Below, piece by piece: positions 24,901 to 36,900 of a stretch of 64,000 nt of DNA. Position numbers and translations under genes: made by a program. This stretch comes from Laetmonice hystrix. Its lineage: Eukaryota. Each line of letters starts with the position of its first letter. The first letter of the stretch is position 1. Below the pieces are notes generated by a model. That model searched no databases, was not told the origin of the DNA, and saw only the letters and a list, made by a program, of their open reading frames with translations. The stretch is taken from the NCBI GenBank assembly GCA_965235115.1, contig OZ249436.1:57846001-57910000 (forward strand), written 5' to 3'.

Positions 24901-27900
24901 CGCCTAAACTTCACCGGAACGAAAGCGGCCGCAGCCAGAGAAGTTGGCTAGGCATCCTGAAAAACCGCGAGGACAATAAAAGTTTGGTGGACAGTCAGTC
25001 TGACAGCGGCGAGGAGGGAGAACCTGAGCTAACAAACAACAATAAACCACAGCTCAGTAGTCGGAGGAGCTCAACCAACAACTACAGGTATTGTTTTCTA
25101 GTTATAGATATGTTGATCATTTTGAGATGTCAAAAAAATATGGAAAACTTCCAACTTTATATTTGCATAAAGCACACTCTTTCTGTTGAACACTGCTAAG
25201 TTTAATATTGCTTGAAATTACTCTTCGTCTGTTGTTGTGGCAAAGAAGTCAAATGCAATATTCCATATACTATATTGCTAATGTTTTCATATTCATGAAA
25301 TAACGCTTTAATAATTACTAGAAACGAGAATGAGTTCATACAGTTGCGTTTTTGCACGTGGAAATTTAATTTATCCTGTAGCAGTTAGTTTGGAGGCAAA
25401 GTAAGAAATCTATTTATTTGGAAACGTTATAACAATTATAAAAAATTAGTATCTTTCCATTAAAACTTTAATATTTATTTATACAACTTTTGACGCTTGC
25501 TCTGTAATGGTAGATTATATTGATTCCCAGTTGTATTGAAGATGATGATGCCCAGTTTTTTATTAAGAACCTGTTGTATTGTATTTGTTTACACTTGGCG
25601 GATAAATAACTAGTGGTCGAGATATTTTAGGCTAGCTGGGTCGGGGACATGAGAAATCCAAACTTTACGTATAAAAAATAGAACATTCCAAAACCTGATT
25701 GGACAGAGTTACACGTAATATCTAGCAATCGTCTAGTTTTGTGACTTCAGACCTCATCAGATAAGAACATTTTTATAAATGTTTTTGACACTTAATTTAC
25801 ACCAGCAAAGATGTTGACTAAGATTCTTCCGACCCTCATTCAATATCATACGATCTCAACATTTTAGGACATAGATGTTCACAATGTTGAAGCCACAATG
25901 CAAAAATCTAGTGCATAAACGTCTATAATGAAAGATAACACAAAATAACACTTAAACATTTTTTAAAAATCACTTGAAAATTACTTTCCGGCATTTATTT
26001 TAAATAGACTTTGTTTATGCTTTCGCGTCAAAGCACTTTTCGTTTTATTGCTATTAGTATTTGTACATTTCTAGTAGTCTGTTAAATTTATGTTTGTAGC
26101 TGTGTGTATACATAAATGCACGCAGGTGTGATTCTAAATTATACATTTTTGGGGACGAATTAGTGATTAGTGTAGTTTTTGTTACGGTTAATATAGAAAA
26201 TGCCGTACATGTTCCATCTTACATACCATGAGTATTTAATCTAAATCCAGGTTATACCATTATTTATGCTCTGCTTATCGCATCTGTTAACATGGATAAC
26301 AGTGCGGTACACTAGCCTTTCTACACTTGATCAATACCCTGTTGTATTCAAAGCTCTAAAACTATACTTAAGATCTCAAATTGGAGGCAACTCTGCATTT
26401 CTTTTTTTAAAAACTACATGTATATTGAGATTTAAATCACCAGTCCTCGGTCGATTTACTTAGATGTATGAGGGACTTTGTGTTTTTAAATATGTAAGGG
26501 AAAATAATCTCATAGATCGTCCAGAAGCCATGAGCGATTGCATGTGTGCGGATAGTAGCGTTTTTGCTCCTCTCAAGGTTGTCCCAGTTTTTTTTTTTTA
26601 CTATAAACTAATTTACCCTAAAACACACTCCATTCTCTATCGTGCTCTCTTTGTTATTCTTAAAATTCTACACTTTGTCTTATTATGATGTATGCTTTAT
26701 CCTCCGAGAGAAAAATTATTGTTTCCCTAAACCTGCAACTTTTGGATTGAGATGGGAATGAGATTGAGGCTGAAACACAGATCCGGTACTGTCAAGGTCT
26801 AGCTGTACTTGAGAGAGGAGCAAAAGGTTACCATCTGTCTGTCGTGACTGTACAGGTTCCGTCGGAGGTCACAACTTCTACTGACCATGGCTTCCATGTG
26901 CTTTTCTCTCTCCATTCTAGCTTCTCTGTTACCTATATTTTCAGGTACGATTCTTGCTTAAATATTTTGCCATCTTATACACTCACAACGCTCTATGTAT
27001 CTCTTCTGACCACTTTCGATACTCCCGCCCTGTTTATTGAATCGTTCCCACCAAAGGAACACTCAGCCATAGAGGTCACGACAACATCAAACATAACCCC
27101 ATTGTCCACTATCTCCGACACACACACCTTACAAAGTTGATCACACATTTACCAGTCGCCACCCACTCCAAGCACCCAAAAACAGCACATTCTTCAGGGA
27201 GGCACTCCGTTGCCAGCAGTAGCCGGGGCGTGCGTACTAAAGTCATTTCCATTCCATTTTTTATGCTGACACCGACAGTGATTCTTTCCTTTTTTCGACA
27301 GTTTGCCACATCCCGTGCAGCCTGCCCGTTATATGGTTCTTGAGGTCCCCTCCGGCTTGCAAGAGTCGTACAAATACTCGTTAATATATACTAGCAGGCC
27401 CACGACACCCCTTAGTTCTCCACATAGGTAGACACAGTTTACTGGTTTTCAACATTGTTCTATGTAAACCTTTTAAGTGTCATTGCATTCCATGATACTG
27501 TCTCTTACTTTTCCTTATATGAAGTATGCATGCTCCCGAGGTGCGCCTCACGAGTGAATTGTTTTAGCTCGTTATTTTTTCAAATTTCGTTCTATTTTTT
27601 TAAACCAAACTTTCGGGCTTTATTACGTTGAGTTTGATAAAAGATGGCTCAATCCGGTTTCCATTGACGAAACCAAAAAGAGCATTTATTTACTTCCAAG
27701 AATTGTTATTCAGTCATGCGTTTCCTTTCGTCTCTCCCTCCTTCCCATGATGCGGTTGTGTAGCGATGGTAGCGCCACCTATATTGCGAGGTTGCCCTGG
27801 TCCGAAAAATGGTCTATGCATAAGGAAAAAATGAAAAAGGATTCTGAGCGAATTTCAACACCTAAATTGAATTTCATTGTGGTATTTCCCCATATACATT

Positions 27901-30900
27901 TCATGTTTATTTCTGTATCTGGTTGTGTGTCTCATTAAGATAACCCATGTGTTATTTGGGTTGGCATTTTATTACAAAGATTGTTAAAAAGCACAAACAA
28001 AAATTAAATGGACAGTTTTAGAGTTACATGCGGTGAGGGAAGAGTTTTTGTTAACAAAAAATTATAGGGTAGAATGATATTTCTAAGTGAAAATGTATCG
28101 CCAAGCTTTCCTTTTATCACATCACGTTCGGCTTCCTTTGGGGTTAAGCATGAAATTTGTATGCAGGAATCCCTTTTTCATTTGTCACCATTTTTATTGT
28201 CGATGATTTATATCGTTGGCTGGCTGACATTTTAATGATAGTCTAGATTGCACAGTTTTTTAGTGCTCAGTAGGTCATACGCTGCACCTGCTCCAACTGT
28301 CATGTAGATATATACGATGAAATTATACAATATATATGATGAAGACCATGCTAGATACCTATATGAAAGGCATCCGTGCACTTCCCTCGTAAAAGGACCA
28401 AAATAATGTTCTTGAAAAAAGTTGAATATCTAAATCCATTTCCCCCATTCATTATCCCTCTCACCTCGTTATGTGTGAATTATGTTACCTGTTTTAAGGC
28501 GAAACTATTGTACCAGAATTAAACTATTCCCGTAAGTTTGTAGAAAGTCTAAGAAACTGTTTTGGAAAATAAAATCGTGAATTTAATTTGATAACGTAAT
28601 TTGATTATGGACAAAAAATTGTATTCGTTTATTGTATAGAAATAACATATTTTATTCGTACTTTAAAGACAGTGACGCAAAATTGTGGGTTCCAAATTAC
28701 ATTAGCTGTCCGATTCGATCAGTAACAGGTTCTTTGCATACATTACGATTATGGCCTCTTTCCGAGTTTTTCTGGTCCTATTCCGAATTTTGTTATTACC
28801 TGGAGCATCTCATCTCTGCACTAGAGCGTTAGGTCCCTCCCCCACTCCGGACCTCCTGCAACTGAGTCGAACCCTGTCTGTTCTGTCTTGACACATTCAC
28901 CCAGCTAGGACGAAACTAGATTAGTTTACTGGTGAGAAGTACTGGTGCCCATCCCAGTCCCGTCACAGTGTGTCACCATACTCCCCTATGCAGTGCATCC
29001 CAAACTCTAAGTCCCAGGCGAACTCCTGTGCATGCATCACTCCCATCTTTTAGGACCTAAGTGGAACTCGATCAAGATGCTAATTTGGTGTGCTCAGATG
29101 CAGACCTACATGGGGAGGAGCTGCCATGTCTTGCATGTATAATTAAGAGTTTAATGCATAGATATTTAAAAGAAATACCACTTATGTTTTTCGAAACTTT
29201 ATTTTTTGGTCGAGCATGATATTAATATAGGATAATACAGCAATAGGTATTACCATGTGCTTAATTAATTAGTTCATATCGCCGGCTGTTTGCTTTGTGT
29301 CGAACATGTTAACCGACCAAATAAATCAGTTCTAGATTATTTGCATGCTCGCAGAATTTACCGTTCTAAGAAAAGGAAAATGATACCTATGTAGAGATTA
29401 TTTTTAGGGTCGATGGCATGCTTGGCGAGTAACCGCCTGCTTCAAGTTTTTCAAATGTTTTTTCACCTTAAATACTGGCACGCTGCATGTTGTCGCCGAC
29501 AACCAAATTGCTACTTTCAGTTCGCTACTTTTGTCGATTTCAGCGACTGCAATGGCCACGCACCACTGAACAACCAGAGAACGTTGAGTCCCCAAAATTC
29601 CATTAAGAGTTACCACACTTTAAGTCCGCGAAATTCCATCAAAAGTCACCAGAGCCTCAGCCGACAGAACTCGCTGAGCAGTCGCGGCTGCAGCCGACAG
29701 AACTCATTCAGTCTGAGCCGGCAGAATTCCATTAACAGTCACCGGACCCTGAGTCCACAGAACTCGATAGGGAGTGGGGCTCCCAAGGATGAGTACAAAC
29801 CTAACAACCTGACCGGGGCCCCGGACTTGAAGAACCTGGGTGAGGACGGTGAGAAGGGCGGTGAGGACGGTATCTCCGATGCCGATGATTCCAAGGTCAG
29901 TTGTCTGTTATTGCCTGCCGGTTTGGTAGGCCGTTAGGGCCTTTACTCAAGATCACCGCCGTACATTGACCCCCACTCGGCTTTGGTTCGACTCACCATT
30001 GCTCGTCACTGGGGAGTTGGGTCCCATCAGACTCGGTCCAAGTCAATGTACGGTGGCCTATAGAGTCTTCATGATTGTTTAAAATCGCAATACCTCTGTG
30101 GCCTTACAAAACGTCCCGACCCCTCTTGAGTTTACCTGACGATATACATGTGTACGTTGTATTCGTTGACAGCAATGCCCGTGTAAGTTCTGCCCGGAAC
30201 CGACGGGGTGCTTCGAGGAGAGGCGAGGGTGGCCCCTCTATATCATCCCTCCCGACTCCCGACTCCGGAGAACATGTTTACATCTCACAGAACAAAAGTG
30301 GTTCGACTACACAGTCCTCTTCTTCATCGCGCTCAACTGCATCACTCTCGCCATGGAACGGCCAGATATTCCACGAACTAGTATAGTAAGTATTAATACT
30401 TGAAATTGTTGAAGAGGTAGTAATGAATTCAATTAAGTCCATTGTTTTTGTTTTTAATTGACAAGTACTGAGGTGAAGACGTATCCTAAACTTTTACAAC
30501 CTTTTTGAAGTAACAAGGATTTCAAATCAAATTTTTCAAATCTTTTATTAGTTTTTTTTTGCTTTGAACTTTTTATTTTACAAATCTGTTTATCGTCCGG
30601 TAAAGGGACTTACAGATACGCGTTTTCAGTGAAGGTTACGAAGTAGTAAATATAGGTTATTTATTAATGATCATGGCCTAGTATAAGGTTGTAGCCGATT
30701 CTTGTTTTGACCATCAGTTTTAGATTTATCTGTGACCGGTTGCTTTATCTCTCCAAACAGGAACGTAAATTTCTCACCGGTGCCAATTACATCTTCACCG
30801 TCATCTTCACGTTTGAAATGGCTGTAAAGGTGAGTCGGTCACTGCCCCCCGCACCGTATAATGGCAAGGTACCCATGATACAATGTTCTTCTGATTATTT

Positions 30901-33900
30901 CCGTTTTCATTATTAACTCTGCCAACAGCAATCGAAAGATGCCAGGGATACTCACTCCGTGCATTCATCACTTGGTAACAGTTACCAACTGATACGGTTT
31001 ACTTCAGATTGTTACTAAATCACCTCTCTTACCTCACCTAGTTGGCAAGTAGCACTGATCTAAAAGTGGCATTTAAAACCCTTGTGAGCTCCAGAATATG
31101 TGGCTTTGCTTATGCCAGCTTTAGAATACAGTTGTAATCAGCCGCATAAATGTAGAACCCGTAGTGTTTAGCCGCATAAATGTAGAATCCGTAGTCAAAC
31201 ACCAGAGAGAGTCGTGAGTAGTATATGGAAATATGACATTGTTTCAGGCGACTGCACCAGAAGATGTCTTCAAACGGTGCCATGGAATGTCTTGTTTTGA
31301 CTGGATTATTTTGTTTTGATCGCTCTAATGATGTCGACGCAAATTCTTAATAACAATATCGTGTCCGTTTTGCAGGTTTTTGCCGCGGGATTCGTCCTTG
31401 GCAAGCGCACGTATTTAAGGAGTGGTTGGAATGTTATGGATGGATTCCTTGTCATCATTTCTCTCATTGACATCGTCATCTCACTATCTGCCTCCAGCAG
31501 CCCACGTATTTTTGGCATTCTGCGCGTCTTCAGGTTACTGCGGACGCTTCGACCTCTCAGGTATGGTGATATCCTTGCCCGCCATGTGGCAGCACCTGTT
31601 GGCCGTTAGCACGTCTGTATTCTAGCGTTGACATTGAATATACATTGTAAATGTCTCAGTGAGAGAAGACAAAAAATGATTATACACCCGGGTAGGAAGT
31701 CGGTATGCTCGTCAGAGGCTAAATAGTGAACTGACCCCTCCTTTGTTGAGCACTAGTACGTATACTGACCGTTTGTACAGAATGAGTGATGTCTTTGTCT
31801 GTCGTTTGTAGAATGATCACTAGATTTTACAGACGTTTGTGTCTGTCGTTTGATGATTAGATTTTACAGATTTTTGTGTCTGTCGGTTGTAGAATGATCA
31901 CTGGATTAACAGATGCTTGTATCTGTCAGTTGTAGAGTGAGCACTAGATTTACGGATGTTTGTATCTGTCGGTTGTGGAGTGATCACTAGATTTTACAGA
32001 TGCTTGTGTCTGCCGGTTGTAGAGTGAGCACTAGATTTACGGATGTTTGTATCTGTCGGATGTAGAGTGATCACTAGATTTTACAGATGCTTGTGTCTGC
32101 CGGTTGTAGAGTGATCACTAGATTTTACAGATGCTTGTGTCTGCCGGTTGTAGAGTGATCACTAGATTTTATAAATGTTTGTCTCTGTCGTTTGTAGAGT
32201 GATCAGCAGAGCGCCGGGCCTGAAGCTGGTGGTGCAGACTCTACTGTCCTCGCTGCGTCCCATCGGAAACATCGTGCTTATTTGTTGTACATTCTTCATC
32301 ATCTTCGGTATCCTGGGAGTCCAGGTTAAACATACAATTTTATTTCCTTGGAAAACGCCATTTTAATTTGGTCCGATTTCTATGCTGTGTATAATCTAAT
32401 ATCTTACACGATTTCAGAAAGTATGATGATCTGTATAACTCTAAATATAAAAATACTGCTTGATCCTAATTGTAAGAGTGCCTCAAACTGCAAGTGGTCC
32501 ATATGTATGGTTCTTTCCATTACAGTTGTTCAAGGGAACATTCTACTATTGTGAGGGGCCTGACGTGTACGACGTGAAAAACAAGACTGACTGTCTAAAC
32601 AAAGGGCCTCCATTCCGTTGGGTCAATCGAAAATATAATTTTGATAATTTGGGTCAGGTAAGGTGAAGATTGCGGTGTGTTTTCTAATAGGATCCGGTCA
32701 CTTAGACGATGGCTGATTTTGAGATCTGTAATCAGAGTATTTGTTGGAGTAACTGCGGGGAGAACTTGCTAACATGAGTAGCTTAAGCTTGCTAACCTGA
32801 GATAACGATATCTGAATATTTCGTAGATAAAGTACCGGTACTATGACTAATGCATGGCGTTTAAAGACATTTCATAGAAGTCGGGATCTCGTTCCACATA
32901 CTGGCGTGTAAAAATGTCATGTACGAATGAAACGTATCAATGGAAAGGAGAATTGTGTTGTAAAGAGTGGAAGGATTTGGAGCACATTGAGTCAATGGAA
33001 CATTGTGTTTTCTGACTGTCCAGGCGCTGATGGCGCTGTTCGTGCTGGCGTCTAAAGATGGCTGGGTGAATATAATGTATACGGGGCTCGACGCCGTGGG
33101 GGTCGATCAACAGGTACGGACTTAGGGCTAGTTTTTCAAATTTAGGTTTTTGCTTTAGCTTCCGAATCGGAAGCTTTAGGACTAACCTTAAACAAAAACT
33201 TAAGTTTTGAACCTGTAGTAGCCAAGGAGTGCATCGAGATGACTCTTTAATTGTTTTATTTCCTTGTACCTTTTATTCACTTACAAGTGATGATGATTCA
33301 ATATTAGGAAACAGTTTCTCCGTTGTAGCATAGTGTGTATGATGACGACGAGTCCGGCTGAACTTGTTGGTGAAAATAAAGGCTTAATGTATCAAGAGGC
33401 CGAAATATTTTTGCTGCGACGGCAATTTTTCTAGCCGACCGCCACTAACCTTTAGTGTGAGCCGATTAGTCTGAACACTTTTCATCATGGCATCCTTGTA
33501 ATGCGCGTGTACACTTCCTTCACAGCCAGTCGAAAATTATTCAGAGTGGCGACTCTTCTACTTCATCTCATTCCTTCTACTGGTCGGATTCTTTGTGCTC
33601 AACATGTTCGTCGGCGTTGTCGTCGAGAACTTCCACAAGTGTCGAGAGAGTCAAGAACAGGAGGAACGCGCCCGCCGCGCCGCCAAGCGCGCCAAAAAAC
33701 TGGACAAGAAGCGGCGAAGTATGGAATCACAAGACAGTGAATCAGAGAAGCAGGCTGGTTGGTATCGTGATACTGAGTCTGGCGCTTGTAACAAGGCTGG
33801 CGTCATTGTGGTTGGTCACCACTGGATGACGATAACTCCCTAATACGGATTGGTTTGGAAACTACCGCCTCTCACTGGCTAGCTGTTGTAACTACACCAG

Positions 33901-36900
33901 CCGACTAATCTGTTGGCGAGACGCTTCCAGCGCCTCTTGCTCTATACTACTCACTACCCTGTTAACACACCATCCCTGGGGTTGTCAGTAATCTCTATAG
34001 TAATGCTATTACTCGGATACGATTCTCTAAATGATAGAATGTTTCAATCCCATTTGTGATTTGAGGATCTTCACGGCCCACGCCGCTGAAATGTATCCAC
34101 GTGAGCCTTGTTAGGAAACCTGTCAATGGATGGCATACAGTGACGGTGATCACCTGCCTGACGGCAACAAAATGTCTCCGACACCTGTCATTGTATGCCA
34201 CTCCCAGACCCCCCCCCCCCCCCCCCCCCCACCGTCTGCAAACCCGTCAATCTATCCAGCTACTCTCCTCCACTGTCTGCACCCTGTATGTCGGCATGCT
34301 AGTCCTAACGCTCACCCAGGCGTGCTCGTATCAGTGTCTCTCATTTACCTCGTCATCAGTTAAAACGTTACACATTCACACTTGTGTGTACGTGTAGCCC
34401 TAAACTTCGCCGACTGATCATGGGTAAATGAAAGCAGTGATGAAGATGTGTGTGTACCCAATAGTTTTCATTAACACAGTGTCTGTGACTGCCGCATGGG
34501 ACTATGTTTCTGTACAATACAGTGCATGCATGGACATGAACTAAATCTATACAGTGCATGCATGGACATGAACTAAATCTATACAGTGCATGCATGGACA
34601 TGAACTAAATCTATACAGTGCATGCATGGACATGAACTAAATCTATACAGTGCATGCATGGACATGAACTATAGTGTGCATGCATGGACATGAACTGGTG
34701 GTGGTATTAAATTGAAATATGTCCGGTCTTCAATAGCCGTTTCGTTTGAAAAAGGAAAGAACACATTTAACGAGGATTTCATCATAGAAGCTATGATTGT
34801 GCGTGTCCAATGACTAGCTACGGCGAAGTAAAGATATTTTAGTATAGGTTTTAGACGCCCTCCGGTACAAATGTCACGTTTAACCATTTTTCGCCAGCTT
34901 ACTATACAGTATATCAAGTATATCTGTTAGAGGGTCATACAAATTAGGATCTGTTCGATCTATTCGTTCCCCAATGGAGGCAAGGGGCGTGAACGATTAT
35001 TGGTTCATAATGAAAAATACCGATATACCGAGGTCTTATTTAGTTCCCTGTATATATGACAAAACCTAAAATAACTCAATTTGTATACATTTTTAACCCG
35101 ACCTGATGTAGTCTTCTCTACAAACAACGGATTCCCAAATGATCATAATGCATGAACTTACGGAAAGTGTCGAAATTACGGAAAGTGTCGACAGTTGAAA
35201 GGAGTTCGTATAGGTCCCTCTGACAATTTTCATGACTGTCCTTGCCGGCATTCTCCCGGCCAGCAATAGTAATTCGTGTTGCTCTCTCCCTGCTGTACCC
35301 AACGTTAATTCTTTGTCAGTGACATACGTGTATTTATAACATATCGTGTGTTGTGACGACTGAGGTAGCAGCACCTGTAGTGCATTTAGTGACAGTGTGG
35401 TATGCCCCCACCCCACCTTCACCTCCCTAAAGATAATCCCATTGTTGTGTTGTATGGCCCTACTTGTCACCCTATCCAACCTCCCAACCTATGGTTTATA
35501 TTCGTGTGTTATTTATAACCAAGTCTCCACCCAGCCAGACTCAGTACAACATCCCAATGTTCAGGGTGACTCTGCCGGACCAACCAGCCCTGATCACATA
35601 ATGTACCTGTCGTCACCCAACTGTAGATATTAATATTTTTATCTTTTCATTCTCTTTTCGGGCACAACTTATTTAACAAATATAAGAAGTACAAAGACGA
35701 CAGAAAATTGTCAGTCTTATGGGAACCCATTTTGCATTTGTAGCTGGTCAGAATTGTAGGCTCGATATGTGTGTGAACTCTACTGTACGATTGGCTATTA
35801 CTTTGTAACGTCGGAACCAAAAAACAGGTGTAGGTCCACCTCAAATCTCTGTCACCCAGCAAGTAAATGACAAGGACAAGTTCCAAAGTGGGTTCCCCTT
35901 ATATTATCTACTGTTGTATAACTTGTACATGTATTGATAATAGTGCGAGTAATTCTTTCCATCAAACGGCCAAAATCGATCCACAATCGGAATTCCAGTA
36001 GAAGGTAATATTTGAACGAATGGCTCCTCTGGGTTGAAAAGCTCTCACACATGGGCCGCTGCCGTATCTGGTCAGGGAAGTCATACTAAAGCAAAATCAC
36101 AACATGTGTTATCTTCTCAGGTCCATGAGCAAGCATCTGGATAAATACTACTCTGAAGCAGTGTTTTTTTTTAAAGAAAAAGTTAATTAAGGTTCACATC
36201 ATGACCCAGACACCCAGTTATACCGAACTGATAAACCCGTACCGTACTTGCACCATGAGATTACCTTTTTCTATGTCCAGGAGTTCCTTGTTCGCCTTTT
36301 GTCTTATTATCAAAACCCGATTCTCATAATTCACCATCCAGATCATAGATGAGTTATTAAAAACTGAAGGTTCTTTTCTACCTCAAACCACTTCTATAAA
36401 ATAGGTGCCCAGTTGTATGTACCTACCTGTATGTATAATATAGTATACTATATGCTGACTCTCCACACCACCAAGACCTATAGAAATGAATGTAATCCAC
36501 AACTTCCCGGCCCCTCTCTACTGAATCGGGGGATTATGTTGCATGAACAGACCTAAATTTCTAGAAAGGAAATGTGTTGGGGCTTCTAGCTAAATTAGCA
36601 TTAGGCCTACATTGATTAGTAAAAAGTAACTCGTAGTTGCTATATAAGACTATATGTAACTAACATAAGAGAACATGTAAATTTATCCTAAATGACGTTC
36701 TGAATGAAATGACCGTAGAAGTATTACATATTGAAGACGATAAGTAATGAGTAAACAGTAGAAGACAGATATTTAACATTGGATGTTAAAGCTGCACAGC
36801 ATAACTAAAAAAACACGCCTACTTGTATACTTCAGTTCTACAAAGTAGAAGTATAGTACTTCGATAGTACTAATAATTTAGTCAGTGTTCTAAATCACGT

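Noticed and set aside
26850-27340. Minus-strand [13 protein letters not shown] and IESGQKRY, reminiscent of a LINE C-terminus
   Set aside because: Motif spacing does not fit and similarity is too weak.
31788-34696. Tandem arrays as CRISPR candidates
   Set aside because: Units are head-to-tail with no unique spacers, they sit in introns of a eukaryotic gene, and there are no cas genes.
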